NCBI GenBank assembly: GCA_963700635.1
Contig: CAVOYH010000006.1
Location: forward strand, 32,001 to 96,000
Length of the DNA stretch: 64,000 nt
From: an uncultured Bacteroidota bacterium
Lineage (GTDB): Bacteria; Bacteroidota; Ignavibacteria; UBA10030; UBA6906
Direction: 5' to 3'
The notes under the pieces were generated by a model that was given only the letters and a program-made list of their open reading frames with translations, had not been told where the DNA came from and did not search any database. Within the stretch, counting starts at the first letter, position 1; every line of letters starts with the position of its first letter. Below, one piece after another: positions 20,513 through 31,116 of the stretch. A program made the position numbers and the translations under genes.

Positions 20513-22972
20513 ATGAGGAAGATCACAATGCTGCGTTTTGCCCACACGGTGTGCTTGCTGCTCCTGTTCGGGAGTCTGTACGTGCTTGTATCAACACCCG
20601 GTTCCGCGCAGACCTACCCCACGGCGCGATGGTATTATGAGCCGCAGTTCGAGCCACCGGAACACCAGGTGGATATGCTGCACATGCGTCTGGAAGTTCA
20701 GTTTGAGCCGCATGAGGGACTTGTCCGCGGAACCGTGACACACCGGTTTACAGCACTCCGGAAAGAGGTGGACTCGCTCTTCCTCAACGGACCCCGGATT
20801 CGGGTCCGTGCCGCGTCCTACAACGGAAAGCCAGCCCGTTTTTCGACGACACCGGAGGGTATCATCGTGCACCTCTCTCCTCCGGCCCGATGGGACAATA
20901 CGGACAGTGTGACGCTGCAGTACGAAGCCAACCCGCGGCGCGGTCTCTACTTCGTCGGCTGGCATGACACTTCCGGCGAAAGCCGTAAACAGATCTGGTC
21001 TCAGGGACAGGGCATTGACAACAGGCACTGGATCCCCTGCCAGGATGACCAGAACGACAAGCTCACAACGGAGACCATCATCACATTCGATTCCCGGTTC
21101 CGGGTTCTTTCCAATGGGAGTCTGTTGAGCGAAACGCCACATCCCGACGGGACCACAACCTGGCATTACGGTCTCTCCCACCCGCATTCCGTCTATCTGG
21201 TGATGCTGGGAATCGGACACTATGCGGTAGAGGAACGCCGGAGCAAGAGCGGTGTCCCCCTCCATCTCTGGTACTATCCGGAGTATCCTGATCGCGTGGA
21301 ACCGACGTATCGATATTCCGCGGAGGCAATCGATTTTATGGAACAGGAAACCGGAGTGGCCTATCCATGGGAATCATACGCACAAATTCCGGTTCAGGAT
21401 TTTCTTTACGGCGGGATGGAGAATACCACCGCGACTGTCTTTGGCGACTTTTTTCTGATTGACCGGCGGGCTTTTCTGGACCGCAACTACATCAGTGTCA
21501 ATGTGCACGAATTGGCCCATCAGTGGTTCGGCAATTCTCTGACGGGGCGCGCCGGCAGGAACTCATGGCTGCACGAAAGTTTTGCTTCATTCTACCCCAA
21601 GCTCTTCTTCCGTCACATCAACGGGGAGGATGCCTACGAATGGGTGCGTAAGAAGGAACATGAGGAGGCACTTGCTGCTTCAGGACGCAACCGTCTCCCT
21701 ATCCTGCATTCCCAATCCGGTAGAGAACGGGTCTATGCAAAGGGTTCGGCCGTGCTGGATATGATGCGCTTCACCTATGGAGAAGAAGCCGTCCGGAGGG
21801 TTTTCACCCACTACCTGAAAAAACACGCGTACGGACTCGTGGAAAGTAATGACCTGTACCAGGCCTTTCAGGACGTACTCGGCATTTCCCCCTGGTCGTT
21901 CTTTGAACAATGGATCTATCGCGGCGGTGAACCGCACTATGTGGTGTCCTATGAAAATATTTCGCGGGGCGGAGCCCGGTTCACGGACATCACCGTCCGC
22001 CAGGAACACCCTCGTGATGAAATGGTGGGCCTGTTCCGGATGCCCATCGTGTTCGCCGTCTATTACGCCGATGGGGACATGGAGAGCACAAGAGTGTTGA
22101 TTGAACGCGAGACCCAGACCGTTACCATTCCCAATCCCGGGAACAGGCAGATTTCGTTTGTGCTGTTTGACCCCGGTAACTGGATTCTCAAGACCGTTTC
22201 GTTCCCCAGGAGTCTTGCAGAGCTGGAGGCCCAGGCGTTCCGGGCCCCGCATATGATAGACAGGTATGATGCGGTGGTTGCAATGCGGGATCTCGCCCCG
22301 GGCAGAAAACGGACGATGCTCACCCGGCTGTATCAACAGGAACCATTCTACGCGGTGCGCGCAGAGGTTGTCTCACAGCTCGCAAAAGATATCCACCAGG
22401 AGAGCCGTTCACTTGTGCAGATGGCACTCCACGACCGGGCCGCAGAAGTCCGGCTTGCCCTCCTCAACTCCGTCACAACGATTCCACCCGCAGAGCGTGG
22501 TCTCTTTGAACGGTTGCTCACGGATTCTTCCTATGAGGTGGTGGCCGGCGCGCTCCGGAAGCTTGTTGAGCAATTCCCCGGGGAATCCGAACGGTACTTC
22601 ACGCTGACAGCCGGGGTCCGCGGCGTGGGGAACCAGATTCGCATCCTCTGGCACGAACTCCGGGCCGGACTGGGAAACAACTCCTCCCGTGATTCACTTG
22701 AGTACCTGGCCACACCTGCATTCGAATTCCGGACCCGGGCATCTACATTCGAATCTCTCCGCAGGTTGAACCATCTGAACACGAATGTTGTCTTTTCACT
22801 CTGCGACGCGATGACCCACCCAAACGGAAGGTTACGTGGTCCCGCAACGGATGTGGCCCGGTCGTTCATGGCTCAATCGGCCTGCCGCAGTCTTTTTCTC
22901 CGGGAACTGGAATCCGGGAACTGGACCGGTTGGCAGCGGGACATACTCCGGGAAGTCATCGGGACTCAATAG
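20513..22972 (+). CDS. M1-family zinc aminopeptidase with C-terminal HEAT-like repeats, exported
   Basis: GGMEN, HELAH...HESFA, YAKG; helical repeat tail (VRAEVV, EVRLALL). Confidence 0.9.
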   Translation: MRKITMLRFAHTVCLLLLFGSLYVLVSTPGSAQTYPTARWYYEPQFEPPEHQVDMLHMRLEVQFEPHEGLVRGTVTHRFTALRKEVDSLFLNGPRIRVRAASYNGKPARFSTTPEGIIVHLSPPARWDNTDSVTLQYEANPRRGLYFVGWHDTSGESRKQIWSQGQGIDNRHWIPCQDDQNDKLTTETIITFDSRFRVLSNGSLLSETPHPDGTTTWHYGLSHPHSVYLVMLGIGHYAVEERRSKSGVPLHLWYYPEYPDRVEPTYRYSAEAIDFMEQETGVAYPWESYAQIPVQDFLYGGMENTTATVFGDFFLIDRRAFLDRNYISVNVHELAHQWFGNSLTGRAGRNSWLHESFASFYPKLFFRHINGEDAYEWVRKKEHEEALAASGRNRLPILHSQSGRERVYAKGSAVLDMMRFTYGEEAVRRVFTHYLKKHAYGLVESNDLYQAFQDVLGISPWSFFEQWIYRGGEPHYVVSYENISRGGARFTDITVRQEHPRDEMVGLFRMPIVFAVYYADGDMESTRVLIERETQTVTIPNPGNRQISFVLFDPGNWILKTVSFPRSLAELEAQAFRAPHMIDRYDAVVAMRDLAPGRKRTMLTRLYQQEPFYAVRAEVVSQLAKDIHQESRSLVQMALHDRAAEVRLALLNSVTTIPPAERGLFERLLTDSSYEVVAGALRKLVEQFPGESERYFTLTAGVRGVGNQIRILWHELRAGLGNNSSRDSLEYLATPAFEFRTRASTFESLRRLNHLNTNVVFSLCDAMTHPNGRLRGPATDVARSFMAQSACRSLFLRELESGNWTGWQRDILREVIGTQ

Positions 22973-23062
22973 ATACCATTCCCCACGGGAGTCCATATCA
23001 TGAGTACACCTGTCAAAGGCGGAATCATCCTCGAAATATTGTTCAGCAGGAAGGACTGACCG

Positions 23063-23809
23063 GTGGGTTCCCTGGTGGTCACGGTGTATTTCTGGAGCAC
23101 CATGCTGATTACGTCTCTGTTGCTCCTGCCGGTCGCCCTGATCATCAGGATCGCCAGCGCTCCGTTCGACCGCCGGCTGACGCTGCTGCACCGTTTTACT
23201 TCATTCTGGGGTTCCCTGTATACATGGGTGAACCCTTTCTGGAGTGTGTCGATAGAAGGAACGGAGCATCTGTCTCACGAGAAGCCCCGGGTCATGGTCG
23301 CGAACCATCAGTCCTTTGCAGACATCCTTCTGCTCTTCCGTCTCCGGGCACACTACAAATGGGTTTCCAAGGCCGAGAACTTCAGAGTGCCCCTCATCGG
23401 CTGGAACATGTCGCTGAACCGCTACATCAAGATCGAGCGGGGATCGGTCCGCGGCAACCGGAAAATGATGCGCGATTGTGAGAAGGCACTGCATGAGGGA
23501 AATTCGGTGATGATCTTTCCGGAAGGCACCCGGTCGGAGGATGGCCGGATGCGACCGTTTAAGGAGGGAGCCTTCGAACTGGCAATCCGCACGCAATCAG
23601 CCATCCTTCCCATTCTGATAGCCGGAACGGCGCAGGCGCTCCCCAAGCGGGGTATGCTCCTCCGGGGAAAGTGCGAGATGCGGCTCCACATCCTCCCCGA
23701 GATCCTCCCTGAGACCTATCTGGGAAAAAACGCCCGCCAGCTCAGCCAGGAGGTGAACGCAATGATGGCCATGACGCAAGCGACCGGGGTGATCTCAGCC
23801 CGGGGGTAA
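23063..23809 (+). CDS. 1-acyl-sn-glycerol-3-phosphate acyltransferase (PlsC family)
   Basis: NHQSFAD, IFPEGTRS, FKEGAF. Confidence 0.9.
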   Translation: MGSLVVTVYFWSTMLITSLLLLPVALIIRIASAPFDRRLTLLHRFTSFWGSLYTWVNPFWSVSIEGTEHLSHEKPRVMVANHQSFADILLLFRLRAHYKWVSKAENFRVPLIGWNMSLNRYIKIERGSVRGNRKMMRDCEKALHEGNSVMIFPEGTRSEDGRMRPFKEGAFELAIRTQSAILPILIAGTAQALPKRGMLLRGKCEMRLHILPEILPETYLGKNARQLSQEVNAMMAMTQATGVISARG

Positions 23810-23813
23810 GCCA

Positions 23814-26800
23814 TCACTCTCCGTTAAGCGCAACATCCAGCCTCAACACATCCACCGCGTGATACCCCTTCTCCGCGACACTGTCTCCTTTGAATATGGC
23901 CCATGAAGGGAGAGACTGGTACCGTTTTGTCATGTGGTAGAGCTGGAGCGCACTATTGCCGATAAAAATGTAGACCGATCGTTTCGGATTGTACGGGTTC
24001 GGGAAGGCAACAAATAACCCCTCATCCGCTCCGGTGTACGTTTTTCCATCCCACACAAACATATTCTTGCCGCACGAAATCCCCAGCGCAGACATCATCT
24101 GTTCCAACACCCTGTTGTCAGCCGGGCCACCGAGGATGACCAGATCGTGCGAAGTAATCTCCCGGGGCGTCAACTCCGCGTCCTGCCTGAGAGGCAGCAG
24201 GTATTCCACAAACTGATTTGCCAGAACAGTCTGGAAGTTCAGCGCCAGCGTGTGATTTGCCTCGATCTGGCGTGACGACCCGTACACAATCAGTGTCTGG
24301 CTGTAGTCATCAAAAAGATTTGAGAACGTGACGGAGGCCGGCCGGCGTACAGGGATGTCGTTTCCGGCGTTAAAGATTACACGAACCGGCTTGTTCTTGA
24401 CATCGACACTCACCTGTTCGTCATTACGCTGTACTGCTATCTGCTTCCATTCAATGTCGGTCTCTGACTCAACGGCAATGGTTGAACGGAACGGATACGG
24501 GAAACCATCCTGATGTACCGCGAGGGTAAGGCGCCATTGATCTCCCGCAGGGACTGCGCTCGCACTCACGGAGACTGCGGGGAGATCATCACGCTCGAGC
24601 CAGGGCAGAAGGTGTTCCCGGATTGAAGATCCTGCAATCTGCTCGGCAACGGCAATAAACTCTCCTGTCTTCATGGGTTTCTCCCGGAACCGGTCATGAA
24701 CTCCGTTCATGACCTTCAGGAAGATTTCGTTCCCCAGAAGCAACCGCAGCTGATGTAACGCGTACGTTCCGCGGATACGCGGGACAATATAGTGCCCGTA
24801 CCGGTCGTATACCCTTTTCGCGTCTTGCGGCGCCATGGGGCCTTCCCTGTCGACGGTGTACAACAATCGACAGTTCATCTCCGCCAGCTGGTCGCGCAGA
24901 TGCAGGGCCGCGGCGGAAACATCCCGGGGCAGGGCATTCATCATGTGCCAGTAGGCCGCAGTCCCGCTCACGAACCAGTTGTCCGATTCGGATGCCGGAA
25001 ACACGGTATTCATCCAGAGGTCCTTCTTTTCCACGGTGTAGACGGGTTGGACCCCCGCCATCCGCTGCTCGCGCTTCACAGGGGTGGGGGCCGCGGTGCG
25101 CTTCCCTTTGAGCTGCTCGGCAACATAGACGGGGTTGATCACTGCATACCCAAGCGTCAGGTGCGGAATAGCACCGGGCAGATCCGGCATCAGCCGGCTG
25201 TACTTTTCGATCATCTTCTCGCGCAGTGTGACTTTCCCGTAGTGTGCGAGGAACATCATCCGGGACGCCATTTCGGATGTGGTAATCTTCCCGTCGCATG
25301 CGTGCGGCCGGTTGATGGGAGAGGTCGCCATGACATTCACCGCGCTGATCCCGTCGATGGCGCCCTTTTCCCGCTGGTAGTACTGGAAAAACGCAAGGTC
25401 CCGATTCACATTTCCATACACCACATCAAAGGGAGCATTGGAGGGGTCGGAAACATACTCTTTCCGTACCTCTGGATCTTTGGCGTTGTTCACACTCCAG
25501 TAGAAGCCGGTCGTTCCGCCGGGAAAATCGTTCTTTGAACTCCGCCAGAGTTTGTGTTTCGCGGTTCCCAGAAGAAGAATTGCGGTTTCGTTTGTCTTGG
25601 TGTCGCCAATCAGCCAGTCGTTGGTGTACAATCCGTTGTTATCGGTCGTAAGAATACGAACGGCATCGTCGATGCTGGAGGCATATTGCGCGGCCTTGCG
25701 GATCCGGGAGGATTGAGGCTCCCCCTTGATATTAAACGGCGTCTGCATCACGGTTGTTTCCCCTATCATCAAGCCCGAGCTATTGATGTAGAAGTCGGCC
25801 CCCGAGTGAATTCCGCCCGGAAATGTCTGATAGACGAGACGGTGTCCCTGTTCAGGAACGACGTCACAGATAACGTCCCAGTGTACTCCGGTATAGCCGC
25901 TCCACATAAACAGCTGGCCGAACACAATCTTGCCATCGCGTGTCGCCGGACCGTTTGCGAGAAACGACGAGCATTTGTGCAGGCGTTCAGCGGTCTGCGC
26001 CTCCTCTTCTTCTTTTCTGAAACTCCGCCCGCTGAGCGCGTGCGGGGTTTCGGTCAGCGCCCCTCCAAGCTGACCGATATCCACAACGGAGTTGACCGTC
26101 ACGATATCCCTGAAGTCGATCGGACGGCCGTTGAAGGTTGCTCCCGCCTTTGCCGCACCGTCGGCGATTCCCTGCATCTCCTCCAGATATTCCCTGTCGT
26201 ACTGCCTGAGCATTAACACATCGGCCAGTGTGCGGAGATCGTTCCATCCTGCGCGCGGATTATCACCGTTCTGGCGGACCGCGAGTTTGTCCATATACGA
26301 CACGATTTCATCGGCAAGCAGCGAGCCGTACTGGTACCCGCGCTCATACGGCTTCCCCTCGATGTGTACGACAATCCACCCTTTGTCCTCATATCGGAAT
26401 GCGGGTCCGAACCATTTCACCGTTTCCAGAGGAATGTACTCTCCGATATCCTGCACCTCTTCCAGCTGGACATCGTCGAACCACGCGCTTCCTGTTGCGG
26501 TGCCATTCAGACCAAGGTGCAGGCGCACACGGTCTTCACGCTGTGTGGCGAAAAAAAGGACTTCCGTCTTCCGCCATTCCTGTGTACCTCCGGTGGCGGG
26601 CGCATGATTGGTGAAGGGAAACGATCCCATCGTAACAGCCGCCGCCACGGCAGTGGGATATCGTGACGTAGGATCTGCTGCGGCCTCTTCGGTGCGCACC
26701 CGGGCGGACAGGCGGTACAGTTTCCCTACGGTCAGGCGGACGGGCGATGATTCCAGGGTGGAGGAGGAGGCTCTTTCGTGGACCAGCCGGATGCTTGCCC

Positions 26801-27035
26801 TGCCGGAATGACTCACCGCCGGGTCCACGCCTGCGTGCGCGGTTCCCTTCGATTCTGCCCGGATGTGCGACCAGCCTGCAGGCATACCGCCGGGGCTGAC
26901 ATCTTCAAAACCGCTGTTGGGGATGGTTACCGTGAGAATCTGTGCCTGTGCGGTGAAACACGCCATGATCACCAGAATCCCAACACCAATTCTGCATCCC
27001 GTTCCACGTTGGAAGATCATACTCATTCCCTTCAT
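23814..27035 (-). CDS. exported multidomain protein: CBM4_9-like domain, C45/phospholipase-B-like Ntn hydrolase, degenerate M1-peptidase-like C-terminus
   Basis: NSGFE...W...HSG...WFDDV; G.PYERGYQYG, LEEMQGIADGA, HKCSSFLANG; RGTYALHQLRLLLGNEIF. Start is uncertain (27020-27068). Confidence 0.7.
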   Translation of the reverse strand: MKGMSMIFQRGTGCRIGVGILVIMACFTAQAQILTVTIPNSGFEDVSPGGMPAGWSHIRAESKGTAHAGVDPAVSHSGRASIRLVHERASSSTLESSPVRLTVGKLYRLSARVRTEEAAADPTSRYPTAVAAAVTMGSFPFTNHAPATGGTQEWRKTEVLFFATQREDRVRLHLGLNGTATGSAWFDDVQLEEVQDIGEYIPLETVKWFGPAFRYEDKGWIVVHIEGKPYERGYQYGSLLADEIVSYMDKLAVRQNGDNPRAGWNDLRTLADVLMLRQYDREYLEEMQGIADGAAKAGATFNGRPIDFRDIVTVNSVVDIGQLGGALTETPHALSGRSFRKEEEEAQTAERLHKCSSFLANGPATRDGKIVFGQLFMWSGYTGVHWDVICDVVPEQGHRLVYQTFPGGIHSGADFYINSSGLMIGETTVMQTPFNIKGEPQSSRIRKAAQYASSIDDAVRILTTDNNGLYTNDWLIGDTKTNETAILLLGTAKHKLWRSSKNDFPGGTTGFYWSVNNAKDPEVRKEYVSDPSNAPFDVVYGNVNRDLAFFQYYQREKGAIDGISAVNVMATSPINRPHACDGKITTSEMASRMMFLAHYGKVTLREKMIEKYSRLMPDLPGAIPHLTLGYAVINPVYVAEQLKGKRTAAPTPVKREQRMAGVQPVYTVEKKDLWMNTVFPASESDNWFVSGTAAYWHMMNALPRDVSAAALHLRDQLAEMNCRLLYTVDREGPMAPQDAKRVYDRYGHYIVPRIRGTYALHQLRLLLGNEIFLKVMNGVHDRFREKPMKTGEFIAVAEQIAGSSIREHLLPWLERDDLPAVSVSASAVPAGDQWRLTLAVHQDGFPYPFRSTIAVESETDIEWKQIAVQRNDEQVSVDVKNKPVRVIFNAGNDIPVRRPASVTFSNLFDDYSQTLIVYGSSRQIEANHTLALNFQTVLANQFVEYLLPLRQDAELTPREITSHDLVILGGPADNRVLEQMMSALGISCGKNMFVWDGKTYTGADEGLFVAFPNPYNPKRSVYIFIGNSALQLYHMTKRYQSLPSWAIFKGDSVAEKGYHAVDVLRLDVALNGE

Positions 27036-27080
27036 TGTAGATTCATACTCGAACACGTTTTCCAACAACCGCTCTCCTGA

Positions 27081-28844
27081 TCACTCCGCGCTCTCTGGAG
27101 TCAGGTCTTTCTGCGAGAGGCTTGTCCAGATGAACGCCCCTGCGGCAAGTCCGATGCCGATAAATGTAAACCCTTCTCCCGTGACACCCAGGATCAGCTT
27201 TCCGATGCCAAAGAGCATTCCGTAGACAAGCACAATACCAGCAAGCCAGTTGAGGAAGAGCCTGGCATATCCTGAATCGCCCTTTACATCGGGAAGCCGG
27301 GCCGCGACCTTCCGCCATCCGATCCCCCCCGGATGGACACGCCGGTAAAAAGCATGTAACGTCTTTTCGGGCACCGGTGCGGTGGCGAACGTAGCCAGGA
27401 GCCACACCACTGTTGTGATTCCCACGATGACGAAAAGGGTATCCGGGAATTGGATCGAGGTAGAGACCGTGAGAATGCCGAGCACCACGATCGGAGTTAA
27501 CATGGCGACAATTTCACTCCATGCATTCACCCGCCACCAGTACCACCGCAAAATAAGGACCAGCCCGAGTCCGGCCCCGGCCTCAATGATAAACGACCAC
27601 GCTCCCGAGATGGTCTGCAGAAACCCCGTGACGACGAGCGAAAGTGCCATGATTGCGAGGGTGGTCAGCCGCGAGGTACGGACCAGATGGCGTTCATCAG
27701 CATCGGGACGGATAAACCGTTTATACAGATCGTTGATGATGTAGGAAGTGCCCCAGTTGAGCTGGGTGGCGATGGTGGACATATAGGCCGCGAAGAATGA
27801 AGCAACAAGAAGCCCTTTCAGGCCCATCGGCAGGTAATCCCTCATGGCATACACAAAACCCATCCTCTTCTCATCGGGGCCGAGATCCGGGTACAGGATA
27901 AGTGACGCGAGTCCGACGATAATCCAGGGCCAGGGGCGGACGCAATAATGGGCTATTGTGAACCAGAGTGTCGCGAAGAGTGAGTGTTTTTCATCTTTGG
28001 CGGACATCATCCGTTGGGCGACATATCCTCCGCCGCCCGGCTCGGCCCCCGGATACCAGGAGGCCCACCATTGTACTGCGACGTACGCCAGGAATGCCAT
28101 CACACTGAGCGCCAGCGTGCTCCCCACTTCCCCCATCGTACTCTGCTCGCCGATCACCGGAACAAACTGCGTTGTCCACGATGGTAGTTTCTCCCGAAGA
28201 CCCGCCATCCCGCCGATTTCGGGAAGATTCAGCACGACGATTGCAAGCACGATACACCCCACCATGGCCAGGACAAACTGAATCACGTCCGTCACGGCAA
28301 CACCCCAGAGTCCTGACATCGCCGAATAGACCGCAGTGAAGAGCAGTGCGAGGCCAACATAGATCATTACCTGCTCCCTGGGGATCCCGAACATCCCTTC
28401 CAGGATCGCTGCCATGGCGAGGTTCACCCAGGCCATGATGATACAGTTCATAAAGATGCCCAGATAGACCGAGCGAAATCCGCGCAGGAACGCTGCGGGT
28501 TTGCCGGCGTATCGCAGTTCAACAAACTCCACATCGGTCAGGATGCCCGCCCGGCGCCAGAGCCGGGCGAAGAAGAAGACGGTGAGCATGCCGCCGAACA
28601 GAAAATTCCACCAGAGCCAGTTCCCTGCAATTCCGTTTTTGGCCACGAGCTCCGTGACCGCGAGCGGCGTGTCGGCGGCAAAGGTCGTCGCCACCATCGA
28701 CGTCCCCGCCAGCCACCACGGAAGATTCCGGCCCGAAAGAAAAAACTCCTGCGTATTTTTCCCGGCACGCCGGGAGTAAAGAATTCCAATGATGCCGCTG
28801 CCGACAAAATACAGGGCGACGATGACCCAGTCCAGGGTGTGCAT
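27081..28844 (-). CDS. sodium:solute symporter (SSS family)
   Basis: FFLSGRNLPWW, SMVATTFAADTP, VAVTDVIQF, QRMMSAKDE, AAYMSTIATQLN. Confidence 0.9.
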   Translation of the reverse strand: MHTLDWVIVALYFVGSGIIGILYSRRAGKNTQEFFLSGRNLPWWLAGTSMVATTFAADTPLAVTELVAKNGIAGNWLWWNFLFGGMLTVFFFARLWRRAGILTDVEFVELRYAGKPAAFLRGFRSVYLGIFMNCIIMAWVNLAMAAILEGMFGIPREQVMIYVGLALLFTAVYSAMSGLWGVAVTDVIQFVLAMVGCIVLAIVVLNLPEIGGMAGLREKLPSWTTQFVPVIGEQSTMGEVGSTLALSVMAFLAYVAVQWWASWYPGAEPGGGGYVAQRMMSAKDEKHSLFATLWFTIAHYCVRPWPWIIVGLASLILYPDLGPDEKRMGFVYAMRDYLPMGLKGLLVASFFAAYMSTIATQLNWGTSYIINDLYKRFIRPDADERHLVRTSRLTTLAIMALSLVVTGFLQTISGAWSFIIEAGAGLGLVLILRWYWWRVNAWSEIVAMLTPIVVLGILTVSTSIQFPDTLFVIVGITTVVWLLATFATAPVPEKTLHAFYRRVHPGGIGWRKVAARLPDVKGDSGYARLFLNWLAGIVLVYGMLFGIGKLILGVTGEGFTFIGIGLAAGAFIWTSLSQKDLTPESAE

Positions 28845-28910
28845 GGTGACCTTTCGCTTCAGCGGGAAGGAGTGTTCCGGAAGAGCCGGACAATGACCGA
28901 ATGTTCTACC

Positions 28911-28977
28911 ATGCTACGAAATGGCTATCACCAAAGCAAGATTCCCCGTTGCTCTTGGTCAACGTTCTTCCTACATT
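28911..28977. promoter_or_regulatory. divergent sigma70-type promoter pair (SSS operon / ABC ATPase operon)
   Basis: Minus: TTGCTT (28939-28934), N17, TAGCAT (28916-28911). Plus: TTGCTC (28949-28954), N17, TACATT (28972-28977). Confidence 0.6.
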
Positions 28978-29015
28978 TTTTGAGCTCAGGGAAATGCCAT
29001 TTTCCGGAATTTAAC

Positions 29016-30500
29016 GTGATCTCGTTTACCGGTTTGTCCAAGAAATTCGGCGGCACCACGGCTCTCGACCACGTCTCATTCACCCTCGAGAGGGGGAAAG
29101 TTCATGCGCTCATGGGCGAAAATGGCGCGGGAAAGTCAACCCTCGGGAAGATCCTCGCCGGCATCCATCAACCGGACAGTGGCGAGATAACCATCGATGG
29201 CCGGCCTGCGCGTTTTGACTCCCCCCGCGCTGCAAGGCGCGCGGGCGTTGGCATGGTACACCAGGAGCTTGCGCTCTGCCCTGACCTCACCGTAGCCGAA
29301 AACCTCTGCCTCGGGATGTATCCCGCGAAAGGGGGTTTCATGCTTGACAGGCGCGCCATGACGGCCCGCGCACATTCGCTCCTGGAGAATATCGGCGCGA
29401 CTATCCCTCCCGACCGCCTTGTCCGGGATATCTCTGTGGCGCTCCAGCAGGTTGTCCAGATTGCCGGCGCGGTAGGTACGGGAGCCGATATCCTGATCTT
29501 TGATGAACCGACGAGCTCGCTGTCAAACACAGAAACCCGGCAGCTTTTTGATCTTATCGCCCGGCTGCGGGATCGAGGTGTCACCGTGGTGTATGTCTCA
29601 CACCGGATGTCCGAAGTGTTCGAGTTGTGTGACACCATAAGCGTCCTGCGCGACGGCCGGTTCGTCGGAACCCTTCCACGGGCGGACCTGGATGAGGACA
29701 AAGTTGTCCTGATGATGATCGGGCGGCATGTGGACGAGTATTTTCCCGACCATCTTGAACATCCGCCCGGGGATGAGCTTCTGCGCGTCGAGTCGCTTTG
29801 TTCCCCCGGACGGTTTTCCGACATTACGTTCTCCGTACGCGAGGGCGAAATTGTCGGGCTCGCCGGGCTCGTGGGGTCCGGACGCAGCGAGGTGGCCACC
29901 GCAGTGCTCGGACTCGACCCTCACGCCACGGGGAGGATACACCTGCAGGGCAGGGACCTTTCCCGCCTCTCTCCCCGCAAACGGATGCGGGCCGGGCTGG
30001 GGTTTGTGCCGGAAGACAGGAAACGGCAGGGGCTCGCACTCCCCCTCTCGTGCCGGATCAACCACTCACTCACCATCCTGGATACGCTCCGACGATTCGT
30101 GTTCGTGGACCGGCGCCGCGAGTCAGCAATGCTGCACCGCTCGATCCAGCAACTCTCGATCAAGACTCCGGACGTTGAGACGCCGGTCTCACATCTCAGC
30201 GGCGGGAATCAGCAGAAAATCGTTCTCGCAAAGTGGCTTGCCTGTTCTTCCCGAATTCTGTTTCTTGATGAACCAACACGGGGCGTGGATGTTGGCGCAA
30301 AAGCGTCCATTCACTCGTTGATGGAGCGCCTGGCGCATGAAGGACGGGGACTTGTTCTCATCTCCTCGGAATTGCCGGAACTCCTGCACCTGTCCACGCG
30401 TATCCTCGTGATGCGTGAAGGACGCATCGTGGGAGAAGTACCCCGGTCCGGAGCGACGCAGGATCAGCTGCTCCGGATGATGTCCGGCCTGGCTCCATAA
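29016..30500 (+). CDS. sugar ABC transporter ATP-binding protein (two NBDs)
   Basis: GENGAGKST, FDEPT, LSGGNQQK, DEPTRGVD; GTG 29016 chosen as start because it lies downstream of the promoter. Confidence 0.9.
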   Translation: MISFTGLSKKFGGTTALDHVSFTLERGKVHALMGENGAGKSTLGKILAGIHQPDSGEITIDGRPARFDSPRAARRAGVGMVHQELALCPDLTVAENLCLGMYPAKGGFMLDRRAMTARAHSLLENIGATIPPDRLVRDISVALQQVVQIAGAVGTGADILIFDEPTSSLSNTETRQLFDLIARLRDRGVTVVYVSHRMSEVFELCDTISVLRDGRFVGTLPRADLDEDKVVLMMIGRHVDEYFPDHLEHPPGDELLRVESLCSPGRFSDITFSVREGEIVGLAGLVGSGRSEVATAVLGLDPHATGRIHLQGRDLSRLSPRKRMRAGLGFVPEDRKRQGLALPLSCRINHSLTILDTLRRFVFVDRRRESAMLHRSIQQLSIKTPDVETPVSHLSGGNQQKIVLAKWLACSSRILFLDEPTRGVDVGAKASIHSLMERLAHEGRGLVLISSELPELLHLSTRILVMREGRIVGEVPRSGATQDQLLRMMSGLAP

Positions 30501-30570
30501 TCCCGGTGCCGCGCCGGGTGATACGCCTGTTCACATACGCCCAGAGTATATACCAATCAGGATCATCGTT

Positions 30571-31116
30571 ATGAAGCAAGTGGATGTCCGCAAATACAGA
30601 AAAAGAGCTCTCGGATTTCTGCGCAAAGCCCGTCTTCCCGTCACTCCGGCTGAAGCGCGATCGATGGAGGTAACGGATTTTGGCCTCGGGGATCCGGACC
30701 ACATAGGCCTGGAACTCGTCGTCTATGAAAACAACGACCGCTATTGTGCCAAAGAACTGGTGCTCCTCCCGGGCCAGATATGCCCGGAACACCGCCACCC
30801 TCCGTTTGATGAAGCGAATCCGGGAAAACGGGAAACATTCCGCTGCCGCTGGGGGAAGGTCTTCCTGTATGTCGACGGCCCACCGACGAGGCGCCCAAAA
30901 GGGCGGGTGCCGGCCGAGCGGAGGCAATTCTTTACAGTCTGGCACGAAATTGTGCTCAACCCCGGCGATCAGTATACCCTCTCCTCCGATACACTTCACT
31001 GGTTCCAGGGCGGGCCGCAGGGTGCCGTCGTGTCGGAGTTTTCTTCCACCAGCGACGACGCCAGCGACATCTTCACCGACCCGAACATCACACGTATTCC
31101 GGTGCACAACACATGA
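30571..31116 (+). CDS. D-lyxose/D-mannose ketol-isomerase family (cupin)
   Basis: DFGLG, YCAKEL, GQICPEHRH, KRETF, HWFQ, VSEFS. Confidence 0.85.
   Translation: MKQVDVRKYRKRALGFLRKARLPVTPAEARSMEVTDFGLGDPDHIGLELVVYENNDRYCAKELVLLPGQICPEHRHPPFDEANPGKRETFRCRWGKVFLYVDGPPTRRPKGRVPAERRQFFTVWHEIVLNPGDQYTLSSDTLHWFQGGPQGAVVSEFSSTSDDASDIFTDPNITRIPVHNT

Noticed and set aside
28839-29015. N-terminal extensions in the ORF track (ABC ATPase from 28839; likewise GHMP kinase from 34636 and S9 from 17480)
   Set aside because: The extensions cross promoters or neighbouring genes and lack family similarity, so downstream starts were chosen.
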